32,084 nt of DNA, taken from NCBI GenBank assembly GCA_049515535.1, contig JBEKTZ010000002.1:335467-367550 (forward strand), read 5' to 3'. The stretch is from Candidatus Aminicenantales bacterium. Its GTDB lineage: Bacteria > Acidobacteriota > Aminicenantia > Aminicenantales > UBA4085. A program made the position numbers and the translations under genes. Of the stretch, positions 23,660-31,856 are shown one piece after another; position 1 is the stretch's first letter; each line of letters begins with the position of its first letter. The notes under the pieces were generated by a model. That model worked only from the letters and a program-made list of their open reading frames with translations, was not told where the DNA came from and did no database searches.

Positions 23660-24808
23660 TTATTCGTTGAAGGGATTCTTATAATCCATGATGATCTTCG
23701 CCACTTCGGGGCGAACGAGTTCCGCCGGCGGATATTCTCCCCTGAGGAGAAGGTCGCGGATCTTCGTGCCGCTGAACTGGATCTGGTCCGCCGCCGGATG
23801 AGGACAGATCTTGTCGTTGACGACCGACTGGCATTTTTTGCAGTAATAGAACGAGCGAAAGAAGAGCGGCACGATCCCCAGATCCGGAAACTCCTCGAAG
23901 ATGTCCTGGGCTGCGTACGGATGGTAATAGTTGCCGACGCCGGCGTGGTCGCGGCCGATGATGATGTGCGTGCAGCCGAAATTCTTGCGGATGATCGCGT
24001 GGTGAACGGCTTCCCGGGGGCCGGCATATCTCATTTCCATCTGGAGAATGGCCATCACCGCCCGCTCTTTCAAAAAGTAGGTCTTGATGAGCTCTTCGTA
24101 GGAAGCCAGGATGATCTCGTCCTTATAATCTCCTTTTTTCTTCTTGCCGATGACCGGGTTGATGAAAATCCCGTCCACGAACGTCAGGGCCGTTTTCTGG
24201 ACGTATTCATGGCCGATGTGAGGAGTGTTGCGCGTTTGAAAGCCCACGATCGTCCGCCATCCTTTTTCCTTGAAAAGAACTCGTGTTTCTCTGGGGCTCA
24301 ACCGATAGCGGACAAAAGGCGTCGACGATTCCTGGACAAGATCGATCTTGCCGGCGAGAAGAATGTCTTTCATGCCTCTGACCCTGGCCGCGCCGGGATG
24401 GGCGGCGTCCGTCGTCCCGAAGACTTTCAGGGCCATCTCTTCCCGATCGCAGCCGTATTTCTCCTCGAGATGCAGGATGGCGACCGGATCGCCCGTTTCA
24501 TTGACGAGAACGGCATCGCTTCCGACACGGAGCTTGTCGGCCTCACTTTTCTCGATGTCGAGAACGATGGGGATGGTCCAGGGGAGGTCGTTCGAAAGCC
24601 GCATCTGGTTCAGGACGGAGCGGAAATCCTCGCTGCCCATGAACCCTTCCAAGGGGCTAAAGACCCCCGCGGCGATATTTTCGACATCGCCTACGGATTC
24701 GGCGTTCAGCTCGATTCTAGGCAGATTTTTCGCTTTTCCCAGGGCTTCCTTTTTCTTGGCTCCTATAAGCGCCCGTTCAATCAGTTTGCCGCCGTGAGGC
24801 TGGATCAT
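23660..24808 (-). CDS. sat: Sulfate adenylyltransferase (Sat-type ATP sulfurylase)
   Basis: PHGGKL, FSPLEGFM, FQTRNTPHIGHE, MRYAGPREA, GRDHAGVG, FSGTKIR. Confidence 0.96.
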   Translation of the reverse strand: MIQPHGGKLIERALIGAKKKEALGKAKNLPRIELNAESVGDVENIAAGVFSPLEGFMGSEDFRSVLNQMRLSNDLPWTIPIVLDIEKSEADKLRVGSDAVLVNETGDPVAILHLEEKYGCDREEMALKVFGTTDAAHPGAARVRGMKDILLAGKIDLVQESSTPFVRYRLSPRETRVLFKEKGWRTIVGFQTRNTPHIGHEYVQKTALTFVDGIFINPVIGKKKKGDYKDEIILASYEELIKTYFLKERAVMAILQMEMRYAGPREAVHHAIIRKNFGCTHIIIGRDHAGVGNYYHPYAAQDIFEEFPDLGIVPLFFRSFYYCKKCQSVVNDKICPHPAADQIQFSGTKIRDLLLRGEYPPAELVRPEVAKIIMDYKNPFNE

Positions 24809-24826
24809 GGTTCGTCTCCTCCGGTA

Positions 24827-25042
24827 TCAGTCGATGTACCCCAGGGCCTTCAACCGTTCCTTGACCTTTTCCTCATCTTCCTTGCTGAAAACGTCTTCCT
24901 TGGGTTCGTCCTTGACCAGAGTCTCCCGGAGGATCTTGGCGACATAGCTCGAAACGGAGGATACGTCCGTGCCCTTGATTGAGTCTTCTATCTTTTTATA
25001 CAAAGACGTGGGGATCGAGACGGTGGTGAATTCCTTGTCCAT
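24827..25042 (-). CDS. Small ribbon-helix-helix (CopG-like) protein with an acidic C-terminal RLKALGY tail
   Basis: TTVSIPTSLYKKI...SVSSYVAKILRE fits an RHH pattern; AAGGAG RBS 6 nt upstream of the ATG. Confidence 0.75.
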   Translation of the reverse strand: MDKEFTTVSIPTSLYKKIEDSIKGTDVSSVSSYVAKILRETLVKDEPKEDVFSKEDEEKVKERLKALGYID

Positions 25043-25199
25043 GTGTTACTCCTTGGCGCCGGGGCGCGCGATGCCGAAAGCGGCGAAAATTAAAGGTATT
25101 TATATACCAGGCCGCCTTTTTTTTCAACCTTTTTCGGTCATCTTTAAAGCCTCATTCCCTCCTCTTGATCCTCCGACATCCCTTTGTCCCGGACTCGCC

Positions 25200-25230
25200 T
25201 TGACAAAGCCTCTTCAACCATGTTTATAAT
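25200..25230 (+). promoter_or_regulatory. Candidate sigma70 promoter for the phoH operon
   Basis: TTGACA(25200-25205) and TATAAT(25225-25230) are both consensus, but the spacer is a long 19 bp. Confidence 0.55.
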
Positions 25231-25268
25231 GAAATATATGACCGACGACTCGTTTCTCGCCCTCTGAC

Positions 25269-26219
25269 ATGGAAAAAATCACCCATCCTTTTACCCGGAA
25301 AAACGTCTTTTTCGGCGTCCTCGACCGGAACCTGAAAAAGCTCGAGAATCGCCTCGAAGTCTCCCTGTCCATTCGGGGGGACAGCCTCTATATCGACGGC
25401 GATCCCAAGAAGGTCGAGTACGCGAAGTTTTGCTTCGAAAAGATCCACGAGCTCGAAGAGAAGGGCTACAACCTCAAAGAAGAGGATTTTCATATCGTCC
25501 TCGACCTCCTCGAAGAGGGTCATACCAAGCCTCTTGAGACGTATTTTCCCTCCGAAGCCCTGAATCTTTCCAGGAAATCGGTCACGCCCAAAAGCCTCAA
25601 TCAGCAGGATTATATCCAGGCCATCCGGAATTCCGACGTCGTCTTCGGCATCGGGCCAGCGGGAACGGGCAAAACTTACCTGGCCATGGCCATGGCCCTC
25701 TCCTTCTTCCAGAACAAGCTCGTCAGCCGCATCATCTTGACCCGGCCCGCGGTCGAGGCCGGCGAAAAGCTCGGTTTCCTGCCCGGCGATTTGTATCAGA
25801 AGATCAATCCCTACCTCCGGCCCCTTTATGACGCCCTGTTCGATCTCGTCCGGGCCGACCAGGCCAACCGCCTCATCGAAAAGGGAAGCATCGAGATCGC
25901 GCCGCTGGCCTTCATGCGGGGACGCACGCTCAACGGCTCGTTCATCATCCTCGACGAAGCTCAGAATACGACGAGAGAGCAAATGAAAATGCTCCTCACC
26001 CGGGCGGGATTCGATTCCAAAGTGGTCATCACGGCCGATATCACCCAGATCGATCTTCCCCAGCCGACGAAATCCGGAGTTCTCCACGCCATCAAGATCC
26101 TGTCGCCGATCAAGGAAATCGCCTTCTGCTACTTCGACGAAAAGGACGTTGTTCGCCATCCTCTCGTCCAGAAGATCATCAAGGCCTACCAGAAGGCCGA
26201 AGCCAAGCCGCACTCCTGA
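25269..26219 (+). CDS. phoH: PhoH/YbeZ family ATPase
   Basis: GPAGTGKTYLA, RPAVEAGEKLGFLPGD, APLAFMRGRTL, DEAQN, DVVRHPLV. Confidence 0.95.
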   Translation: MEKITHPFTRKNVFFGVLDRNLKKLENRLEVSLSIRGDSLYIDGDPKKVEYAKFCFEKIHELEEKGYNLKEEDFHIVLDLLEEGHTKPLETYFPSEALNLSRKSVTPKSLNQQDYIQAIRNSDVVFGIGPAGTGKTYLAMAMALSFFQNKLVSRIILTRPAVEAGEKLGFLPGDLYQKINPYLRPLYDALFDLVRADQANRLIEKGSIEIAPLAFMRGRTLNGSFIILDEAQNTTREQMKMLLTRAGFDSKVVITADITQIDLPQPTKSGVLHAIKILSPIKEIAFCYFDEKDVVRHPLVQKIIKAYQKAEAKPHS

Positions 26220-26221
26220 CC

Positions 26222-28606
26222 ATGAGTTTCATATCCTTCAAGAACATCAGGCTTTTCAAGAACCCTGTCTTCGTTCCCAAGCACGAAAACGGGAACGTCC
26301 ATGCTCCCGAAGAGCAAAAACTCCGCTTCGGCCGAAGCGTTTTTCAGAGCCCTTTTTTCTATATCGTCGTCTTCGCCTTGGTTCTAGGATATTTCATCGC
26401 TTATGCTCCGTCGAAATCCCTGCCCGAAATCAATCCCGGCGAGATCGCCCGGACCGACATCCTCTGCCCCGTTGATCTGACCATCGAGGACGTGGAGGCG
26501 ACGGAGGCCCGCCGGCGGGAGGCCGTCGAGGCCATCCTCCCGGTTTACGTTTTCGATCCCAACGTCTTTCTCAACACCGAGGAAATGATCCGTCAATTCT
26601 TCGTCGAAGGCCGGGAATGGCTGAAAACGCCGCCGGATAAAAGGGATCGCGCTCAAATCCAAAAGACCGCCTCGGACAAATTCGGCATCGAGCTCCCCGC
26701 GACCGAGCTCGCCTCCCTGGAAAAAGAGAGTTTCGGCTCCGATCTCGAAACCATCCTGCTCGGCCTCATCGAGAAATATTCAAGCCAAGGGATCATTCTC
26801 TCGAAAGACCTCTTCATTCATGGAGAACAGGAACGCGGATTCACGTTTCTCAGGAACCCGGAAAACGAAAAGGTCGTCTTTCCCCGGGACATTCTCGAAG
26901 TCAAAGAAGCCCGGGACCGGTTCATCGCGGAAATCAACAAGCTGGAACTTCCCGCCCGCAAAAAAGGCCTGCTCATCAGCATATCTTTCAGCTTTGTAAC
27001 GCCGAACGTTTCTTTCAATAAAACGGAGACCGCGGTCAGACAAGAGAAAACGCGGGCCCGCGTCGAAACGGTCTTCCACGCGATCAAGAAAGGGAAGATC
27101 TTGATCCGCAAGGGCGACGAAGCGACCGCGGACGGCCTCAAACAGATCAGGAGCATCAACCAGGTCCTCCGGGCGAAGCGGGCCTGGCTGGCCAATTTCT
27201 CCGGCACGTTCCTCCTGTTCGGCCTGCTCCTGGCCACGATCTGGTTCTTCCTCAAATCGCTTCTCAGCCAGCGGACCGCTCTCAAGTATTTTCTCATGAT
27301 GGGCCTGACCATGGCCATCGGCCTCTTGATTTATAAAGTCATGTTCTTCCTGGCGGAGCTCTCCAGCCAGAACGCCCGTTTCTTTTTGTTCTCGGACCTG
27401 GAGAGCTACAAGTTCGTTTTTCCCTACCAGTTCGGAGTCATCCTCTTCGCCTTCCTGACGAGCAATACCGTCGCGCTGATCTACGCCATCCTCAACAGTC
27501 TGCTCGTCGGCTACCTCTTCGAGGCGAATTATTTCCTGATGATTTTCAGCCTGATCGGCGGCCTGGCGGCCATCTACGGCATCAAGTATTTCCGGAGGCA
27601 GAAGAGGACATCCACGCTTAGGGCGGGATTTTTCCTGGTCGCGCCGCTGAACTTGTTCGTCATCGTGACGCTTCATCTGATCGGGCGGCACACGTCGGCC
27701 CTGGATACGTTAGCGGCCGAGGTCTTCATGGGAGCCGTGGGCGGCCTGCTCAGCGCGGCGATGGCTTTCGTTATCCTTCCCATCTACGAGAACGTCTTTC
27801 ATTTCGTTACGCAGACAAAGCTCCTGGAGCTCACCAACTCGGAAAACGAGATCTTCCGGCAGATGGCCATGGAGGCGCCGGGCTCCTATCATCATTCCCT
27901 GGTCGTCGCCTCGCTCGCCGAGAAGGCCGCGGAAGCCATCAAGATCGATCCTCTCCTCGTCAAAGCCGGCGCGCTCTATCATGACATCGGCAAGATCAAG
28001 ATGCCGGAATATTTCATCGAGAACAAGAACAAGAAAACCGATGTCCACAAGGACCTCACCCCGAGCATGAGCACGCTCGTCATCATCAACCACGTCAAGG
28101 AAGGCGTCGAGATCGCGAGGAAGGAGAAACTGCCGCAGCCGATCCGGGACATCATCGAACAGCACCACGGGAATTCCCTGGTCCGCTATTTCTACCAGAA
28201 AGCCAAGGAAAAATACGATCCTGAAATGCAGAAAATCGGAGAGGAAACCTATCGCTATCCGGGACCGCCTCCGCAGAGCAAGGAAGCCGCCCTGATCATG
28301 CTCGCCGATTCGGTCGAGGCCGCTTCGCGGAGCCTCAAGGTCCACAACGAAGATCATCTCAAGCGTGTCATCACGGACATCTTCGACAGCAATCTCCAGG
28401 ACGGCCAGCTGGACGACTGCAATTTCTCGCTGAAAGACTTGCGGACGATCGCCTCGTCCTTCCTGGCCACGCTCCTGATGATCTACCAGCCGCGCGTGGA
28501 TTATCCCGGCTTCGACTTCGAGATGAAAAAAAGGAAAAAACCCGAAAAAAGTCCCAGGACCAACCATGATCGAGATCCTGAACCGCCAGAAAAAATTCCG
28601 GATTGA
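26222..28606 (+). CDS. 7TM-HD membrane phosphohydrolase (PgpH-like, HDIG)
   Basis: N-terminal TM, large extracytoplasmic domain, multi-TM block, then APGSYHHS, YHDIGK, FIEN, QHHG, YRYPGPPP, MLADSVEAASRS. Confidence 0.9.
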   Translation: MSFISFKNIRLFKNPVFVPKHENGNVHAPEEQKLRFGRSVFQSPFFYIVVFALVLGYFIAYAPSKSLPEINPGEIARTDILCPVDLTIEDVEATEARRREAVEAILPVYVFDPNVFLNTEEMIRQFFVEGREWLKTPPDKRDRAQIQKTASDKFGIELPATELASLEKESFGSDLETILLGLIEKYSSQGIILSKDLFIHGEQERGFTFLRNPENEKVVFPRDILEVKEARDRFIAEINKLELPARKKGLLISISFSFVTPNVSFNKTETAVRQEKTRARVETVFHAIKKGKILIRKGDEATADGLKQIRSINQVLRAKRAWLANFSGTFLLFGLLLATIWFFLKSLLSQRTALKYFLMMGLTMAIGLLIYKVMFFLAELSSQNARFFLFSDLESYKFVFPYQFGVILFAFLTSNTVALIYAILNSLLVGYLFEANYFLMIFSLIGGLAAIYGIKYFRRQKRTSTLRAGFFLVAPLNLFVIVTLHLIGRHTSALDTLAAEVFMGAVGGLLSAAMAFVILPIYENVFHFVTQTKLLELTNSENEIFRQMAMEAPGSYHHSLVVASLAEKAAEAIKIDPLLVKAGALYHDIGKIKMPEYFIENKNKKTDVHKDLTPSMSTLVIINHVKEGVEIARKEKLPQPIRDIIEQHHGNSLVRYFYQKAKEKYDPEMQKIGEETYRYPGPPPQSKEAALIMLADSVEAASRSLKVHNEDHLKRVITDIFDSNLQDGQLDDCNFSLKDLRTIASSFLATLLMIYQPRVDYPGFDFEMKKRKKPEKSPRTNHDRDPEPPEKIPD

Positions 28607-28979
28607 TCCCGGCCGGTTCGAACGCCTGCTGAGAAAACTCGTCCGGCATTACGGCCTCAACCGTCCCGAGCTGACGCTCGTGTTCGTGGACGATCCCGAG
28701 ATCCGGGAACTGAACAGGAAATTCCTTAAAAAGGACAAGGCGACGGACGTCCTCAGCTTCCCGCTCCAGGAGAGGGCCGCGGACGGCAAATTCTACCTGG
28801 GCGACATCGTCGTTTCCGTCGCCACGGCGTCCGCGCAGGCCGCCGAGCTCGGCCATGGCCTCGAGGGCGAACTCGAGTTCCTGACCATCCATGGCTTCCT
28901 TCATCTCCTGGGCTTCGACCACGGCCGCGGGCACGAGGCCGAAGAAGCGAAGATCCTCGCGGCCCTGAGGAAAGGCTGA
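28566..28979 (+). CDS. ybeY: rRNA maturation RNase YbeY
   Basis: TDVLSFP, LGDIVVS, HGFLHLLGFDH. Confidence 0.95.
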   Translation: MIEILNRQKKFRIDPGRFERLLRKLVRHYGLNRPELTLVFVDDPEIRELNRKFLKKDKATDVLSFPLQERAADGKFYLGDIVVSVATASAQAAELGHGLEGELEFLTIHGFLHLLGFDHGRGHEAEEAKILAALRKG

Positions 28980-28985
28980 CACCGC

Positions 28986-30230
28986 GTGATCCCCTGGATC
29001 GGACTGGCCTTGAGCTTCGCGGCCGCCTTCGTCCTGTCTCTCTTCCACATCGCGCTCGCCGGGTTCTCCAAGATCTCTCTGAGCGGTTTTCTCGAAGAGC
29101 GAAATAAGCCGTATCGCCGCGACGTTCTGAAACATTACGAAGAGATCAAGATCGCCGTCGAATTCTGGCGGACGGTCGTCCTCCTCGCTTTCCTGGTCTA
29201 CGTTTTCATTTCCTTTCGCGGCGTCTGCCTCTGGCCCCTCTGGCTTTTCCTGGGCCTGGTCCTCGCTTATTGGGTTTTTTTCGAGATCCTCCCGCGCTTG
29301 ATCGGGTCCGCGTACAAAAACGACCTGCTCAACGCCTTCCTGCCTTCCTATAAGTTGTTGCTCATCCTCTCCGCCCCCGTTCTCACTCCGGAGCGGTGGA
29401 TGTGCGCGCGGGAAGAGAGCGAAGAGGCCGCCGAAGACGATCGGGAAGCCGGCGATGAGGAAATCGCGACGTTCATCGACGCGGCCCAGGAGGAGGGCAT
29501 CATCGAGAAGGGCGAGGACGATCTGCTCCGGAGCGTCGTCGAATTCGGCGACATCGTCGTCCGTGAGATCATGACACCTCGGGTGGATATCGTCTGCATC
29601 AAGAAGGACGCGACGATCCTGAAGCTGAGGAACCTGATCATCACCGAGAAATATTCGCGCATCCCCGTTTACAAGGACCGCATCGACAATATCGAAGGCA
29701 TCGTCATCGCCAAGGACCTGCTGGCTTTTTCGGAAGCCGCCCACGAAAAGGATCCCCTCGAGCCGCTCATCCGCCCCGTCATCTTCGTTCCGGAATCCAT
29801 GAAGGTCAGCGATCTTCTCAAGGAATTCCAGAAGGTGAAACAGAAGATGGCCGTCGTGGTGGACGAGCACGGCGCCGTCACGGGCCTCGTGACGATGGAA
29901 GACGTCGTCGAGGAGATCGTCGGGGAAATCCACGATGAATACGACAACGAGGAAGCGCAGATCACGGAAACCGGGCCGGGCGATTATCTCGTCTCGGGCG
30001 GGGCGAAGGTCGAAGAGTTGGAAGACCTGTTCGGCCGGGAGCTGGCCGAGGACGATTACATCACGGCCAGCGGCCTGATCACGCATCATTTGGGGCGGCT
30101 GCCGGTCAAGGGCGAGGTCGTCGAGATCAAGGGCCTGCCGATCGAGATCGTGGATGTGGACCAGATGCGGATCAAGAAAATCAGGATAAAGCGTCCGGCG
30201 CCGACGGAGACGGACGCGGAAAAGGAATGA
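28986..30230 (+). CDS. HlyC/CorC (CNNM-CBS) family transporter
   Basis: N-terminal TM domain, VREIMTPR, YSRIPVY, VVDEHG..TGLVTMED..EEIVGEI.DE, CorC C-terminal domain; GTG start. Confidence 0.9.
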   Translation: MIPWIGLALSFAAAFVLSLFHIALAGFSKISLSGFLEERNKPYRRDVLKHYEEIKIAVEFWRTVVLLAFLVYVFISFRGVCLWPLWLFLGLVLAYWVFFEILPRLIGSAYKNDLLNAFLPSYKLLLILSAPVLTPERWMCAREESEEAAEDDREAGDEEIATFIDAAQEEGIIEKGEDDLLRSVVEFGDIVVREIMTPRVDIVCIKKDATILKLRNLIITEKYSRIPVYKDRIDNIEGIVIAKDLLAFSEAAHEKDPLEPLIRPVIFVPESMKVSDLLKEFQKVKQKMAVVVDEHGAVTGLVTMEDVVEEIVGEIHDEYDNEEAQITETGPGDYLVSGGAKVEELEDLFGRELAEDDYITASGLITHHLGRLPVKGEVVEIKGLPIEIVDVDQMRIKKIRIKRPAPTETDAEKE

Positions 30231-31252
30231 CAAAGACCATGCCGAAACCGAAAACGGCGAAAGAACCGCAGAAAGAATACCGCGTCGGCTATGTCGCGCT
30301 GATCGGACGGCCCAACGTCGGCAAATCCATGCTCCTGAACCGCATCATGGACCAGAAAATCTCGATCGTTTCGAGCAAACCTCAGACGACGCGCATCAGC
30401 ATCCTCGGGATCCACACGACCGACCGGGGGCAGATCATTTTCATCGACAATCCCGGCATTCACAAACCCCTCCACAGGCTGAACAAGCGGATGATGAATT
30501 TCGTCTATTCCTCGCTCGAGACGGCCGACCTGGTTTGCCTCCTCATCGACGCGTCGCAGAAATACGGACACGGCGACGAATTCGTCCTCGAGACCCTCCG
30601 AAATGTCAAAACACCCGTCTTTCTGCTGATCAATAAGGTCGATATCGTCAACAAGGGAAACATCCTGCCGCTCATTGATAAATACAAAGACCTGGCGAAA
30701 TTCAAGGAGATCATTCCTCTTTCGGCCCTGAAGGGAACGAACGTCGACGTCCTGGAAAAGCTCATTTTCGAAAACCTGCCCGTAGCCGAAAAGCTGTTCG
30801 GCGACGAAGAAATCTCCGACCAGTCCGAGCGGTTCCTCCTGGCCGAGATCATCCGGGAAAAATTGCTTGGTCATGTGGAAAGGGAGCTGCCCTGGGTGAC
30901 CGCGACCTATATCGATTCGATCGAAAAAAGGGAGCCGGAGGAGGCGGAAGAAGGACGCCGCCAAACCGAAGCGGAGAAATCCGAAGTGCCGCCCGGCTCG
31001 GGGCCGACGCCAAGAAAAAAACGGCCGGTGATATACATCAAGGCCAGCATCTTCGTCGAAAAGGACAACCATCGCAAGATCATCATCGGGCGGCACGGCC
31101 AGCTCATCAAGATGATCGGAATCGAAGCGCGCCGCGAGATCGAGGAAATCCTGGAGACGAAGATCTATCTGGATCTTCACGTCAAGGTCCGGGACAACTG
31201 GCGCGACTCCGCTGACGTTCTGGATTTGATCGAAGGCCAGAAGACGTCATAG
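30227..31252 (+). CDS. era: GTPase Era
   Basis: GRPNVGKS, KPQTTR, NKVD, SAL, EIIREK, KH domain IIIGRHGQLIKMIG, VKVRDNWR. Confidence 0.95.
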   Translation: MTKTMPKPKTAKEPQKEYRVGYVALIGRPNVGKSMLLNRIMDQKISIVSSKPQTTRISILGIHTTDRGQIIFIDNPGIHKPLHRLNKRMMNFVYSSLETADLVCLLIDASQKYGHGDEFVLETLRNVKTPVFLLINKVDIVNKGNILPLIDKYKDLAKFKEIIPLSALKGTNVDVLEKLIFENLPVAEKLFGDEEISDQSERFLLAEIIREKLLGHVERELPWVTATYIDSIEKREPEEAEEGRRQTEAEKSEVPPGSGPTPRKKRPVIYIKASIFVEKDNHRKIIIGRHGQLIKMIGIEARREIEEILETKIYLDLHVKVRDNWRDSADVLDLIEGQKTS

Positions 31253-31278
31253 ACTTGTAGGCGTCAGAGGCGATTTCG

Positions 31279-31297
31279 TCGGCTCCGTTTGAGCCGA
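31279..31297 (+). terminator. Hairpin after era (possible terminator)
   Basis: TCGGCTC-cgttt-GAGCCGA, 7-bp stem, poor U-tract. Confidence 0.3.
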
Positions 31298-31308
31298 TGC
31301 CCTTCTGG

Positions 31309-31337
31309 TTGACTTTCTATTGGCCCCATGCGAAAAT
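31309..31337 (+). promoter_or_regulatory. Candidate promoter for tRNA-His
   Basis: TTGACT(31309-31314)-17 bp-GAAAAT(31332-31337), with an extended -10 TG. Confidence 0.4.
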
Positions 31338-31355
31338 CAAACTCCCTTTCGCGAC

Positions 31356-31433
31356 GGTGAGTGTAGCTCAACGGGTTAGAGCATCGGACTGTGGATCCGA
31401 AGGTTGGGGGTTCGAGTCCCCTCACTCACCCCA
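31356..31433 (+). tRNA. tRNA-His (GTG)
   Basis: G-1, acceptor GTGAGTG/CACTCAC, anticodon arm TCGGA-CT-GTG-GA-TCCGA, T-loop TTCGAGT, C73 and encoded CCA. Confidence 0.96.
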
Positions 31434-31562
31434 TCTTATTTGCCTATAAATTCAATCGTTTGCCCTGTTTTTTTCTTTCCGCTCCAATACCGTAGTTTAC
31501 CCGCTTTTCAATCTAATCTGTGACATATTTGTGACATGGGAATAGATCTATCTTTGAATAGT

Positions 31563-31624
31563 GCACTGGACTCAAAATCCAGTGGACCGAAAGGCCCGTG
31601 TGGGTTCGATTCCCTCCTCCGGCA
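31563..31624 (+). pseudogene. 5'-truncated tRNA-Leu(CAA) fragment (att-site-like)
   Basis: CTGGA-CT-CAA-AA-TCCAG anticodon arm, long variable arm, GGTTCGATTCC, 3' acceptor CTCCGGCA. No 5' acceptor strand or D-arm upstream, and no CCA. Confidence 0.8.
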
Positions 31625-31816
31625 TACCTTAATTCCCTTACTATTGTGTTACTTGTGAGAAATTAAAACCCTTTCTTGGGTTTAAGTCCCGATGCTGTAT
31701 TTTCAGCGCTTTTAAGCCTGTTTGGTCAAACGGCGGTCAAATGGATTTCCGCCGGTCATCAGACAGTTGACGGATGGCGTTTGCGGAGAAGTCTATCTAT
31801 CGCGCCTACTCAGGGG

Positions 31817-31856
31817 GCATCGGATGAAGGCTAGGGGTTCAAGCCCCCTCACTCAC
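31817..31856 (+). pseudogene. Degenerate duplicate of the tRNA-His 3' half (att-site-like)
   Basis: 31826-31856 matches 31399-31429 at 27/31 nt and is preceded by GCATCGGA (same as 31381-31388). The anticodon loop is deleted. Confidence 0.8.

Noticed and set aside
23660..24808. sat as evidence of dissimilatory sulfate reduction
   Set aside because: It is linked to cysC and sugar-nucleotide genes, with no aprAB, qmo or dsr in the window.
31563..31624. Functional tRNA-Leu gene
   Set aside because: The 5' acceptor strand (expected GCCGGAG) and D-arm are absent upstream, so it is kept only as a fragment.
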